Source: an uncultured Candidatus Saccharibacteria bacterium (GTDB taxonomy: Bacteria; Patescibacteriota; Minisyncoccia; Phycocordibacterales; UBA918). Taken from it: 64,000 bases of DNA. This document shows, in pieces, positions 29,682 to 39,744 of this stretch. The position numbers were made by a program, and so were the translations under genes. Where the stretch lies: the NCBI GenBank assembly GCA_964638425.1, contig CAZWYM010000006.1, positions 3,054-67,053 of the forward strand, read 5' to 3'. The notes under the pieces were generated by a model that searched no databases, was not told the origin of the DNA, and saw only the letters and a list, made by a program, of their open reading frames with translations. Positions within the stretch are counted from its first letter, which is position 1. Every line of letters starts with the position of its first letter.

Positions 29682-30632
29682 TTAAATAACTTCCCTATCA
29701 ACGTTTAAATCTCGAAACTGTGCAATTTCAGCGCATAAACCACGAAGCTCTTCAATAGTGATGTGTTGCCCTGTGTCAGTTGTTGAATCTCCTACCTCAA
29801 CTAAAATTCCATCGTACAGGTACGTACCGTCTGCCATCTGAAGTTTCATTGCCTCAATAGTTGCCTCGACAATCTTATCTCTCATAAGGGAACCGTATGT
29901 GTGCGAAGGGTCAAAAAACATTCTCGCACCTGTCTTTGCTTTTACCTTTTCTGCAGAATTATGTACGGGAAGGTTTCTAAAGCTACCCTTCCCTGCAACA
30001 TCAACTCCACGTTGAATCAAAGCTATTTTTGAACTAATGGCAAAATTCCCGTCTTCGGTTGCAAAACTTATTTGCCCAGCCCAATTCTTCTCCATAATAT
30101 TAAATTGATCCTCTGGTGCAGAGCCGAGCCACTTTCCATTCTTGATACCAACAAACCAATCATTTCGTTCTGCGTATATACCCATCGCGTACATTTGGAA
30201 ACCAAGCTGGTTTACTGCTGGATTCCAAATAAATAATTTCCCTTTTGGAATCTCACGTTCGTATACAGGAAGTTGCACAAGCGGGTCCATCACCTCGGTG
30301 GCAACAATTACTCCTGTGTCCGCAATAAGTTGCTTCGCGATTTCAATACTTCGAGTGATTTTAAGGGACTCGAATGACTCTTTACTTGCTATGAGTCTGA
30401 CATTATCTATATAGTTTGGAAAATCAAACCCCATCCCCTCCCCAGTTACGTTCATACTTGAACGTGATTTGAGCCCAACAGTTCTAATACCCCAAATAGC
30501 CTTCTGTGTCCCAGATGCCCTATTCTTCACTTCAATTGCAGCTATATCGTATAGTTGATGAATATTGTTCTCATTTACAGAACATGGTCCTGCAATGATG
30601 GTAACTTTTTGATTATTTATTTTATCATTCAT
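29682..30632 (-). CDS. DAHP-synthase-family 3-deoxy-ulosonate-phosphate synthase (KDO8P synthase-like)
   Basis: VTIIAGPCSVE, VIVATEVMDP, FFDPSHTYG, GILVEVGDS...ITIEEL match conserved KdsA/DAHPS(Tm-type) blocks. Adjacent to KdsB. Confidence 0.65.
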   Translation of the reverse strand: MNDKINNQKVTIIAGPCSVNENNIHQLYDIAAIEVKNRASGTQKAIWGIRTVGLKSRSSMNVTGEGMGFDFPNYIDNVRLIASKESFESLKITRSIEIAKQLIADTGVIVATEVMDPLVQLPVYEREIPKGKLFIWNPAVNQLGFQMYAMGIYAERNDWFVGIKNGKWLGSAPEDQFNIMEKNWAGQISFATEDGNFAISSKIALIQRGVDVAGKGSFRNLPVHNSAEKVKAKTGARMFFDPSHTYGSLMRDKIVEATIEAMKLQMADGTYLYDGILVEVGDSTTDTGQHITIEELRGLCAEIAQFRDLNVDREVI

Positions 30633-30673
30633 ACTCCTTCAGCTTCATGAGTGTTTAGAGTACTCAGGGCTCA

Positions 30674-31441
30674 TTACTTCATTTCTTTGTACATCCTTAC
30701 AACTCTATTATAGTCATCCTGTGTGTTCACTCCAACATTCTCTGAATCGCTCTTTACTACCCCAAGACTATATCCATTTTCAAGAATTCGTAACTGTTCA
30801 ACACCCTCAATAAGCTCAAGTGGTGTTTGATGCATCGCACTATATTTTGCAAGAAAATCACAACTCATCACCATAACTCCACTTGAATGATAGTAATCGA
30901 CAGATGCATGGGTGAAGTTATACGGGACTGGTGAACGGGAAAGATACAGCATCTTATTGTTTTTATCGGTAACCACTTTGCCGACGCTATCTGAAACTAC
31001 CATTTGAACATCGTGGATTTTAAATGCTGCGGTGACTGCATCGAATGTATCATTCTCGAGAAACAAATTCACGCACGAATCAATAACTTCTGCTGGATAG
31101 AGTGGTTCATCCCCCCAAATGATAGCAACAACGTCAGGGGTAAAGTCTGCAAAGAGTGATACCGCATTATGTGCACGGACAGTACCATTCTCACATTCGG
31201 CAGTAGAGCGAACGACATTCCCTCCAAATGATTTTACTTCAGCTTCAATCTCTTCAGAATCAGTGGCAACCACGATAGCATCGAGTGCTCCTGCATTAAG
31301 ACTTCTCTCATAGGTACGCCGAATAAGTGTCTTGCCGTCAATATCAGCAAGCATTTTCTTTGGAAGCCTAGTCGATGCAATACGAGCAGGAATTATACCG
31401 AGTACCTTTTGCTTTTGTGTCAAACCCATACTGTTTTGCAA
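30674..31441 (-). CDS. kdsB: 3-deoxy-manno-octulosonate cytidylyltransferase (CMP-Kdo synthetase family)
   Basis: IIPARIASTRLPKKMLADIDGKTLI, GDEP, LEQLRILENG...GVNT.DD align with KdsB conserved blocks; 255 aa. Confidence 0.7.
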   Translation of the reverse strand: MQNSMGLTQKQKVLGIIPARIASTRLPKKMLADIDGKTLIRRTYERSLNAGALDAIVVATDSEEIEAEVKSFGGNVVRSTAECENGTVRAHNAVSLFADFTPDVVAIIWGDEPLYPAEVIDSCVNLFLENDTFDAVTAAFKIHDVQMVVSDSVGKVVTDKNNKMLYLSRSPVPYNFTHASVDYYHSSGVMVMSCDFLAKYSAMHQTPLELIEGVEQLRILENGYSLGVVKSDSENVGVNTQDDYNRVVRMYKEMK

Positions 31442-31519
31442 TATTGTAATGATTTAAGTAACGCTCTTTATAACGTACGTTCCATGATAAAAGGTTGCGA
31501 GAAAAACCGACAAATGCCT

Positions 31520-33010
31520 TTAGAGACATACTATATCATGTAGGCAAGATTCTATGTCCCTAGAACCTTCGCTGATTTTTGTCTTTCGGGTTTGTAGTAC
31601 CTCGCGTGATGTCTGCCGTACGATATTGAACTCTTCAAAGATATCACAATCTGGTGAATCAACAACCGAAGCAAGGTTGTCACGGTCGAGTCTATTCATG
31701 TTTTTGTAGGGAGTATTGAAAATACAGACCGGAATACCCATCTCCACCGACTCATCCAGGAAACCAGAATACACACCAGCAACCACATCTGCCTGGCTTA
31801 TTGCCCACTCCTTGTCTAGAGGAGTAATAATTTTAAGCTGAGGATGCTTAAAATTAGGGGAACCAAAATATTGTGCAATTTGCTGTCCCGCTTCAAAATC
31901 TCCGCGCAAAACAAAGAGTACCTGTATGCGTGAATCATTCAAAAGCGAATCCATATAGGGTTTAATATATTCTCTTTGAGATGAGACCTCATACGGAATA
32001 AGTACCGTTATTGAATCATTTGAAATCGCTTTTGAGTACTCGACCTGTTTTGGTGGAGTAAAGGCATACGGTCTACCCCCAATCTTTAATCGCGAAGCAT
32101 AAAATGAATAGAGCGGACTAATTTCAGTTATCCTGCGTAGCCAATATGTATTCCATGTAAAAAAATAATCTGGAAATATGTATTGCTCGGGAGGTAACAT
32201 ATCAAGTCCACTAAGATAATCGAAATTTGAATGCTGAAAAATATATGACGGTACAGCAGCCTTCTCACATGCATAGAGGATATCGCCTAAATAGCGGTTG
32301 TCGTCAATTGAAACAAACTTTTTTATTCCTGTGAGTTTAAAAATGACAGCGAGTAACTTAGTGGAGACGTCACTACGTCTAATATTCTTTTCTGTCTCAC
32401 GGACAATATATTGAACAAAATCCTTTTCGAAATCCTCGACACTTGCTACTTCCCAATCTATTTTCTTAAAAATAGACTTTGAGCTTAGTAGAGAGATAAA
32501 GCTGCTTACCACACTGATTGATTCACCATATATTCCCAATCGACGGCGCTTTAATATATTAATAAAAAAATTGCGCACAGTAGTGACATGAATAATCTCG
32601 ATATATCGAATTTTCTCATTCTGAAGAAATTGAAGCACATTAAACAAACGAGGGTTCTTATTGGAACCATGCTTTAAAAAGTCAGAACAAAACAAAAGCA
32701 CCCTTGGTCGACGGAACATTGCTGAACATAGTGCAATGAGGGTAACTCCAAGAACAACTATATTAAATAAAATAATAGGAACATAACTTACCAGGCGCGG
32801 TCGTCGCGATTTTTTGTATTTTTGAAAAGTCCCCTTCTTTCTAAATTCCTTTACTTGACTCAAAATAAAGAACTGTTGCGATGCCCAGCTTGAGTACGTC
32901 CCCGATGTATAGTACAAACCAATATTCTTTCCTTCGACAGTAAGCGTATTAATGCGCTTGAGCAAATCTATTGCGTACTCCTGGTTTCCTATATCCTGCG
33001 CATTGCTCAT
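31520..33010 (-). CDS. Hypothetical protein, possible GT-B-type capsule/teichoic-type transferase (TagF/KpsS-like); N-terminal TM helix
   Basis: 496 aa; one TM near the N-terminus; C-terminal Rossmann-like block VLFVLRGDFEAG..IITPLDKEWAISQADVVAGVYSGFLDESVEMGIPVCIFN. No firm family assignment possible by eye. Confidence 0.3.
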   Translation of the reverse strand: MSNAQDIGNQEYAIDLLKRINTLTVEGKNIGLYYTSGTYSSWASQQFFILSQVKEFRKKGTFQKYKKSRRPRLVSYVPIILFNIVVLGVTLIALCSAMFRRPRVLLFCSDFLKHGSNKNPRLFNVLQFLQNEKIRYIEIIHVTTVRNFFINILKRRRLGIYGESISVVSSFISLLSSKSIFKKIDWEVASVEDFEKDFVQYIVRETEKNIRRSDVSTKLLAVIFKLTGIKKFVSIDDNRYLGDILYACEKAAVPSYIFQHSNFDYLSGLDMLPPEQYIFPDYFFTWNTYWLRRITEISPLYSFYASRLKIGGRPYAFTPPKQVEYSKAISNDSITVLIPYEVSSQREYIKPYMDSLLNDSRIQVLFVLRGDFEAGQQIAQYFGSPNFKHPQLKIITPLDKEWAISQADVVAGVYSGFLDESVEMGIPVCIFNTPYKNMNRLDRDNLASVVDSPDCDIFEEFNIVRQTSREVLQTRKTKISEGSRDIESCLHDIVCL

Positions 33011-33040
33011 AAAAGTTCCATTAATTTAGAGGCCTGTAAT

Positions 33041-33988
33041 TCAAGAAGTAACTTTTTTGAAAAGATAATTATCAGAGCTATGTGGAATATCAAGAAGTGT
33101 CATTAATTGATTAAAATCAATTAATTGCAATTCTCCATCATTACCAATCTTATACATGAGATATCCAAGATCAATGAGCAACTTCGCAGCGTCAATATGA
33201 TTTTTGTTATTATGAGGCTTAGACCAAATCTCCATTGCAATTGTTGGATAGCTCGCTTGTATTGTTTTAATACCCCCTTTCAGGACTTCACTCTCGGCTC
33301 CTTCGACATCAATTTTAATAAAAGTCGGAGTCACTCCTTGCTTTAAACAATACTCGTCAAGAGTCGTACATGAAACCTCTATATTCTTAAATTCACTCAG
33401 GTCGACACTTGCAACATCCTTAAAAAAATCCTTTTCTATGGTACTTCCTGCCCCCATGGTCATATAAAATGATCGCTTACCGGAATTTTCACACACTGCT
33501 AACTTAGATGCGTACATATTATCGTACGGACTTAGGTTTTTTTGGGTAATTGCAAAATGGGTATCGGTTGGCTCAAAAGCATGAATCTGAGTCTTACTTT
33601 CTTCGGTTAGAAAATGAGCGAGTAAGGAATAGAATCCATGATGTGCACCAATATCAAAAAAGACCCCTCCTTTTGGCAGACTTTTTATCATGTACTTTTG
33701 CAGACCAACTTCCGTACCCCCCAAACATCCCGTAATCCAAAGACAATATTCAAAACTATGAATGGTTATTGGGTAATTAAAAAATGTCTTTGTGCGTACT
33801 TTAAAAATAAATTTTTTATTTAATCTTAAAAGTATTGCACGAGAGATTATTTGCAGTGGATAGTGCACCAGTCTGCTCATTTTATTTTTTAAACCTGGTC
33901 GAAAAAGAGTATCCAGTATGGATAAATTTTTATCAATTGTTTTTAGGAGTTCTTCATTTGTTGTCATAAGTAAATTCGATTGTAACAC
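33041..33988 (-). CDS. FkbM family methyltransferase (second copy)
   Basis: VFFDIGAHHGFYSLL ... FIKIDVEGAESEVLKGG. Confidence 0.7.
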   Translation of the reverse strand: MLQSNLLMTTNEELLKTIDKNLSILDTLFRPGLKNKMSRLVHYPLQIISRAILLRLNKKFIFKVRTKTFFNYPITIHSFEYCLWITGCLGGTEVGLQKYMIKSLPKGGVFFDIGAHHGFYSLLAHFLTEESKTQIHAFEPTDTHFAITQKNLSPYDNMYASKLAVCENSGKRSFYMTMGAGSTIEKDFFKDVASVDLSEFKNIEVSCTTLDEYCLKQGVTPTFIKIDVEGAESEVLKGGIKTIQASYPTIAMEIWSKPHNNKNHIDAAKLLIDLGYLMYKIGNDGELQLIDFNQLMTLLDIPHSSDNYLFKKVTS

Positions 33989-34003
33989 GTATAGGGACCT
34001 TTT

Positions 34004-34750
34004 CTACTTCTTCAAGAAAACGACAAAACTCCCCGCAAAGAGCCCTGGCAACACTTTCTCAAGGAATGGTACTCCACGGTAACCGTAGATTTCATAGTTG
34101 GTATACCCGAGCGCCTTGAGCCACCACGTGAGGTCGGTATACGTCCAGAAGCGTAGATGCTCGTTGGGAAACTTCACCCACTGTGCGGGCATTCGTCCAA
34201 AGAGAACACGAAGTCGGTAGAGAAAATTTCCTGAATTCGGAAAAGAGAAAAAGACTCCCTTCTCCGCCTTTCTGAAAACAGAATCAAGCACCTTCTCTGA
34301 GTGAGGAATGTGTTCGAGAATTTCAAGCAAGAGGAAATAATCAGCTGGTTCAATGTCGGCAATATCTTCTTCAGAATTAATATCAAATTTCTTTCCTTCC
34401 ATTCCAAGAGACCCAGCTACTTCAAGTGCATAATCCGAATACTCATATCCGACATACTTCTTTATTTTCAATTTCCCCCGAAGGTAATTAAAAATAACAC
34501 CAGGACCCGAAGCGATGTCTCCAATGGTAACTTCCTCTGTCCCAATCTTTAGCGCGACATAATCAGCTCGGAGTGCTTCGTTTCGCGATATGGTGCGCGC
34601 ACTCGCTCCGCTAACTGCCCCACGCTTCTCTTTCCAATAGGTGTCGTAATCGAGTGATTCCTCTACCTGAAGGGTGTGTTGTGGGTACGTAAAAATGAGC
34701 ACGTACCACCGCTTCAAAAAATACAATTTCTCCTTAAAAAACTTGAACAT
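34004..34750 (-). CDS. Probable class I SAM-dependent methyltransferase
   Basis: IGDIASGPGVIFNYL motif-I-like, LLEILEHIPH, GVFFSFPN; weaker than the others. Confidence 0.5.
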   Translation of the reverse strand: MFKFFKEKLYFLKRWYVLIFTYPQHTLQVEESLDYDTYWKEKRGAVSGASARTISRNEALRADYVALKIGTEEVTIGDIASGPGVIFNYLRGKLKIKKYVGYEYSDYALEVAGSLGMEGKKFDINSEEDIADIEPADYFLLLEILEHIPHSEKVLDSVFRKAEKGVFFSFPNSGNFLYRLRVLFGRMPAQWVKFPNEHLRFWTYTDLTWWLKALGYTNYEIYGYRGVPFLEKVLPGLFAGSFVVFLKK

Positions 34751-34816
34751 ATCGTATAGAGCATGCTATCACGCCCTGTCTTGTTCGGCTATATAAACTA
34801 CGTTACAATAATCCCC

Positions 34817-36091
34817 ATGAAACCTAATGATACAGAGCGCTCAACCTGTCGTATTTCAGGTGAACCCCTTATTCCGCTTTTTACCCTCGGCACCTTACAC
34901 CTCTCAGATTTTATTGACCCAGAGATGGAACCACGGATGACACCCGTGGAACTTAAGCTTATGCTCGCGCCTGAGTCTGGTCTCGTGCAACTCGCACACA
35001 CCGCAGACTTTGATGAAATGTACCGTGAGTACTGGTATCGCTCAGGAACCAACATAACCATGCGTACTGAGCTCAAGGAGATTGCAGAACGTGCAACAAA
35101 ACTCATCCGACCGGGGATGGGCGACACGTGGCTCGATATTGGATGCAACGACGGCACACTTCTCTCAAATGTAGACACCAATGTTATTCGTGTTGGTTTT
35201 GATCCTGCACTCAACACTTTCCTTGAAGAAGAATCAAAGAAGCATGCTGACACTGTTGTTGTTGATTACTTCACCGCAGAAAAATACAAAGAAACAGGGC
35301 GCGCTAAGGCGAAGGTCATTACCTCAATTGCAATGTTCTATGACCTTGAGGACCCACACGCATTTGTGAACGATATTGATGCAGTTCTTGATGATGAAGG
35401 ACTCTGGATAATTCAAATGAGCTATCTTCCCTTAATGTTGAAGCAACTCGCTTTTGACAACATCTGCCACGAACACCTCGAGTACTACAGCCTTGAGTCA
35501 CTCACCTATCTTCTCGACCAACATAACTTTAAAGTTGTTGACTGTGAGCTCAATGACATTAACGGTGGAAGCTTCCGTATCTATATTCGAAAAAAGAATG
35601 CGAACCCAGCACTCTTCGCTACGTCACCATATCGCGATGTTGCTGATATGCGCGTTGAAGGTATTCGTGCTCTTGAAGAAAAAATGGACCTTAAGAACCC
35701 TCAGACATACATCACTTTCTTTGAAAAAATTCAAGAACTCAAGAAGGAGACGATGGATTTCATCACTGCAGCACGCGCGGAAGGAAAAACAATCTGGGGA
35801 TATGGCGCTTCAACAAAAGGCAATACCCTTCTCCAATGGTACGGACTTGATAACACACATATCGACGGTATTGCAGAACGTTCTGAAATAAAGTTTGGTA
35901 AGAAAACTGCTGGAACAAACATCCCTATCCTCTCAGAAGAAGAAGCGCGCAACGCAAAACCAGATTACATGCTCGTACTTCCATGGCACTTCATCAATGA
36001 ATTCAAGACACGCGAAGGCGAATACCTCAAAGCAGGAGGTGCGTTCATCGTACCCTGCCCAAAGTTTGAAATTATTACGGGAGAAGATTAA
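34817..36091 (+). CDS. NDP-hexose C-methyltransferase (TylC3/NovU-type, Methyltransf_13/14 + C-methyltransferase C-terminal domain)
   Basis: N-terminal putative Zn-ribbon TCRISGEPL, LDIGCNDGTLL motif I, ICHEHLEYYSL, and C-terminal domain characteristic of sugar 3-C-methyltransferases. The track ORF starts at 34763; the ATG at 34817 (MKPNDTERSTCRISGEP) is more plausible. Confidence 0.65.
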   Translation: MKPNDTERSTCRISGEPLIPLFTLGTLHLSDFIDPEMEPRMTPVELKLMLAPESGLVQLAHTADFDEMYREYWYRSGTNITMRTELKEIAERATKLIRPGMGDTWLDIGCNDGTLLSNVDTNVIRVGFDPALNTFLEEESKKHADTVVVDYFTAEKYKETGRAKAKVITSIAMFYDLEDPHAFVNDIDAVLDDEGLWIIQMSYLPLMLKQLAFDNICHEHLEYYSLESLTYLLDQHNFKVVDCELNDINGGSFRIYIRKKNANPALFATSPYRDVADMRVEGIRALEEKMDLKNPQTYITFFEKIQELKKETMDFITAARAEGKTIWGYGASTKGNTLLQWYGLDNTHIDGIAERSEIKFGKKTAGTNIPILSEEEARNAKPDYMLVLPWHFINEFKTREGEYLKAGGAFIVPCPKFEIITGED

Positions 36092-37103
36092 TCTTCTCTT
36101 CTTCCCTTTCCACCATCATACGCACAAGTTCCTCAAAGGTGACGGTACGTTGCCATTTTGTCATACGCTCTAATTTTGCTGTATTTGAAATAACTGGGTT
36201 ATCATCCGGCTTGTAGTAAGCGGGGTTAACCATTACCCGAAGCACCCTATCCTCATCATAGGCTTTCGTCTCGACACCGTTCCCTTCCCAGTGTAGCTCT
36301 ATACCGACAGCTTTGAATGCCAAGGTAATAAAGTCACGAACAGTCTGTACCGCTCCAGAGCCAATAACAAAATCATCAGGTTCATCGAGCGCGAGTATTG
36401 CGTGCATCGCTCGTACAAAATCACCTGCATAACTCCAATCTCGTTTTGCATCAACATTTCCAATGGAGAGCATCTCCATTTCTCCATTAGCTATCAACAC
36501 GACATGTTCAGCAATCTTACCGGTTACAAATCTGTTTCCCCTTCGTGGTGACTCATGATTGCAAAGAAAGCCAGACGCAATAAAAAAACCCTTTTCACGG
36601 TATGGAAGGACAACCTCCTCGTATGAAGCTCGCTTTGAAACATCGTATGGGTGAACGCTACTCGTGAGTTGCGACGATTCATCAATAGAGCCGTCCTCAT
36701 GTGCTTGGAGCATTCTCGATGAGAGTGCTTGGAAAATGCGTGCATCAGGGCGCACACTAAAAACTATCTCCGCTATATCACGGGGCGCCCATGCATTGAT
36801 GCGCATGGTGCGCTCAGGATTATCTCCTGCGGAGGTGAGGTCTGAGAGTGCTGCGAGATTATATACCTCATCGGGTGCGTATTCAGTGAGTGCATCATGA
36901 TATGTATGAGAATCCTCTAGAGTACCAATATGCGTAGAGACACCTTCTACTCCACGGAAGAGCTCAGCGTTACTATGCTTCGTATCAGAATCCGTTATCA
37001 AGCCGAGCACCTCGTACCCTTGCGAAAGGAGATGTTCTGCGAGGTAGGAACCATCCTGCCCATACAACCCAGTGATGAATGCGCGCTTACCCCTTGTGTT
37101 CAT
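36075..37103 (-). CDS. GDP-mannose 4,6-dehydratase family protein, divergent paralog 1 (general-base Glu replaced; possible reductase/epimerase role)
   Basis: KRAFITGLYGQDGSYLAEHLL, YxxxK (HPYDVSK), LCNHESPRRG. But RIFQALSSRMLQ replaces the conserved FYQASTSEMFG block (E to R). Start taken at internal MNTRGKRAF. Confidence 0.7.
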   Translation of the reverse strand: MNTRGKRAFITGLYGQDGSYLAEHLLSQGYEVLGLITDSDTKHSNAELFRGVEGVSTHIGTLEDSHTYHDALTEYAPDEVYNLAALSDLTSAGDNPERTMRINAWAPRDIAEIVFSVRPDARIFQALSSRMLQAHEDGSIDESSQLTSSVHPYDVSKRASYEEVVLPYREKGFFIASGFLCNHESPRRGNRFVTGKIAEHVVLIANGEMEMLSIGNVDAKRDWSYAGDFVRAMHAILALDEPDDFVIGSGAVQTVRDFITLAFKAVGIELHWEGNGVETKAYDEDRVLRVMVNPAYYKPDDNPVISNTAKLERMTKWQRTVTFEELVRMMVEREEEKINLLP

Positions 37104-37485
37104 ATTTTGGATGTGACTTTTCTTCAATGATATTCGAGCCAAGGAATTGATTGATTTCTTTTTTCACCCGCGCGCGCTGGTCATTCTCGAAGTGGGAGCC
37201 CCGAGTTGCAATAATAAACTTTGCATCATCGTTCCAAAATTCACGAACATCATTTTCAGTATCCCAAATTTTCTTGTTAATGAGCCTGAGCTCAGTATGA
37301 AGTCGGGTGAGCTCTTCGGAGAGTGGGAGTTCCTTTTTCATCACCTCAAGAAGAAGAGTGAGTTCGCGTTCAATATTCACACGCTTTTCTGCGTCACTAA
37401 TCTCCTCCATCTTTATCTCAAGAATAGTAATCTTATCGATTAATTCTCCAGGCGAAACAGGTGTTAAAATTTGCATAGTATTCAA
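37087..37485 (-). CDS. Conserved hypothetical cytoplasmic protein (GELIDKITILEIK motif)
   Basis: 132 aa, coiled-coil-rich, overlaps the 5' end of gmd paralog 1 by ~17 nt; no firm family recognised. Confidence 0.35.
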   Translation of the reverse strand: MNTMQILTPVSPGELIDKITILEIKMEEISDAEKRVNIERELTLLLEVMKKELPLSEELTRLHTELRLINKKIWDTENDVREFWNDDAKFIIATRGSHFENDQRARVKKEINQFLGSNIIEEKSHPKYEHKG

Positions 37486-37525
37486 TATATTTTACCTCAT
37501 TATCGCAAGACGTTTGCATCCCGAA

Positions 37526-38566
37526 CTACAAACTCTTTTTATGTAGTTCAAATTTTGCATCTTTTTCATCTGATGCAACCATCATATCGACAAGACCTTG
37601 GAAAGTTGTTTTAGGAATCCAACCAAGCTTTTCCTTCGCCTTTGATGCGTCCCCGAGGAGATAGTCTACTTCTGCAGGGCGGTAGAAATTTTCTGAGATG
37701 CGTACAACCACATTCCCTTGCGCATCTTTTCCTACCTCATTCACCCCTTCTCCTTCCCATGTGATTTTCATCCCGAGTGCCTCACCTGTTGCCTCAACAA
37801 ATTCGCGCACGGATCGTGATTCTCCAGTAGCAATAACATAATCATCCGGTGTCTCCTGCTGAAGCATGAGCCACATCATCTCGACATAATCTCCTGCAAA
37901 ACCCCAATCTCGTTTTGAATCAAGGTTACCTAGTGTTACGTGTGATTGGAGACCATGTTTTACCTTTGCGAGTGAGTGGGTGATTTTTCGTGTCACAAAG
38001 TGCTTCCCTCTCCGTGGTGATTCATGATTAAAAAGAATGCCTGAAGATATGTGCATGCCATGCTTATTGCGATACCCAACAACAATATCTTCGTGAGCTT
38101 TGAGCTTTGCTTCTGCGTATGGACTTACTGGCTGAAATGGAGCAATCTCGCTTTGTGGAGGATTTGTCTTACCAAACATTTCACTTGTCGATGCTTGATA
38201 AAATCGAACGTTTTTATTTTGGCTGTATGCTGCATCAGCAACATTCTTCATTCCTTCATAGTTGATAGCAAACGCCTCTTCAGGACACTGAAATGAGATA
38301 CCTACATCTGATTGCGCTGCGAGGTTGTATACCTCGTCAGGATTCACACGTTCAATAACTCGTTCGATAGACGCCTTATCCCGCAAATCACCCATGTGTA
38401 AGGTAATATCACCATTGGATACAATCTCTTGGATACGAATAAGTGGCTCGGTGCTTGAACGACGCATGAGGCCATGTACTTCATACCCCTTCTGAAGCAA
38501 GAGCTCTGCAAGGTACGAGCCGTCTTGTCCGGTAATTCCTGTAATTAACGCTTTTTTCATAGGCAC
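37526..38566 (-). CDS. gmd: GDP-mannose 4,6-dehydratase (paralog 2)
   Basis: KKALITGITGQDGSYLAELLL, FYQASTSEMFG, SPYAEAK, LFNHESPRRG. Confidence 0.85.
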   Translation of the reverse strand: MPMKKALITGITGQDGSYLAELLLQKGYEVHGLMRRSSTEPLIRIQEIVSNGDITLHMGDLRDKASIERVIERVNPDEVYNLAAQSDVGISFQCPEEAFAINYEGMKNVADAAYSQNKNVRFYQASTSEMFGKTNPPQSEIAPFQPVSPYAEAKLKAHEDIVVGYRNKHGMHISSGILFNHESPRRGKHFVTRKITHSLAKVKHGLQSHVTLGNLDSKRDWGFAGDYVEMMWLMLQQETPDDYVIATGESRSVREFVEATGEALGMKITWEGEGVNEVGKDAQGNVVVRISENFYRPAEVDYLLGDASKAKEKLGWIPKTTFQGLVDMMVASDEKDAKFELHKKSL

Positions 38567-38583
38567 AAATGTAACATAAAAGA

Positions 38584-39744
38584 CTACTTTTTTAAAACGC
38601 GGGGCATGGACTGAATGAGCTCATCGGTAATTAAAATTACCTGCTCAATAGTTACTTTCTCAATTTGTAACCGTGGGTCTTCCTTCAGTTCAGACTGATA
38701 GATAGATATCTTTGCAGCAAGTGACGGGACTCCGCGGTCAGGACTCTTGACAATGCGATGCTGTGGTCCTTTTGGTGGGTGCTCATTTTCATCCGTTGGT
38801 CCAATGATGGTCACTGTCGCTTTACTAAAAGCCTCAGCAACATAAATCGGCGCACTGTCGTTCGCAATTACTATATCAATCTGCGCCATGAACGCCTTGA
38901 GTTCATCAATTGAATGATGAAGACATGAGACAAGTTTCGTCTCGGGAAGGACTGCTTGTGACATGAGGAGAAATTCTTCTTTATCGCCAGGTCCACCCAC
39001 AATGAAAAGAGGTACACGGTGCTTTTGGTAGAGGTGGTCAGCAAGCTTCGCAAACCTATCTGCTGGCCATTGCTTCACCTTTGTTCCCGCACCAGGAGCA
39101 AGTGCGATGACCGTGTCCTTCCTTGGTACCACCCCCTGCTCTTTAAAGAAGAGATTGATTGACTCTTCCGCCTCTTTCGAGGAAAACAAATGCTTTCTCG
39201 TATCTTCAGAAGTAACGCCAAGAGGAGCAATGAGTTTTAAATTCTCATGTGCAAAGTTCTCTCCTGCAGTAAAAGGAATTTGTATACACAAACGCTTCAG
39301 CATGCGATAGGTCTTTGTCTCCGCTCCAGGAACAGGGGCTGAAAATGTGGCAATTGCCTTCACGTTGGCAAGGTAGCATATAGCGACCTCAAGCACCGAC
39401 GGGTTGAACAGGTATGCATAGTCGAGACGTAACCCCCGCACTGTTCGCCAAAGTGCATACGCGGAAGTTGGACACGCAATGTACTCGTGTACGTCGGGGT
39501 TATACTGAAGCGTCTCTGCATTTCTCTTTCTCCCAATAACGTACATTTCACTTTCTGGCATTGCTTCCTTAAGTGCGCGAAATACTGGTGTACAAAAAAT
39601 CATATCCCCCACATTTCCGGTAAGGTAAATAGTACCTATCCGTTTTGTGTGAGGATATACCTTGGTAGCTTTTCCTCGAAAAAGAGAAAAGAATAATGCA
39701 AGAATACTTAGTATAAGAATGCGTGTACGCGTACTTTCAATCAT
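38584..39744 (-). CDS. GT9 family glycosyltransferase (LPS heptosyltransferase-like)
   Basis: IYLTGNVGDMIFCTPVFRALKEAMPESEMYVIG and C-terminal GPGDKEEF...IANDSAPIYVAEA typical of RfaF/WaaC-type GT9. Confidence 0.7.
   Translation of the reverse strand: MIESTRTRILILSILALFFSLFRGKATKVYPHTKRIGTIYLTGNVGDMIFCTPVFRALKEAMPESEMYVIGRKRNAETLQYNPDVHEYIACPTSAYALWRTVRGLRLDYAYLFNPSVLEVAICYLANVKAIATFSAPVPGAETKTYRMLKRLCIQIPFTAGENFAHENLKLIAPLGVTSEDTRKHLFSSKEAEESINLFFKEQGVVPRKDTVIALAPGAGTKVKQWPADRFAKLADHLYQKHRVPLFIVGGPGDKEEFLLMSQAVLPETKLVSCLHHSIDELKAFMAQIDIVIANDSAPIYVAEAFSKATVTIIGPTDENEHPPKGPQHRIVKSPDRGVPSLAAKISIYQSELKEDPRLQIEKVTIEQVILITDELIQSMPRVLKK

Noticed and set aside
29682-30632. Interpreting the DAHPS-family gene as aromatic amino-acid DAHP synthase (aroG)
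   Set aside because: It is immediately adjacent to kdsB and inside a glycan locus, so the Kdo-8-P synthase-like role is more parsimonious. Not excluded without phylogeny.
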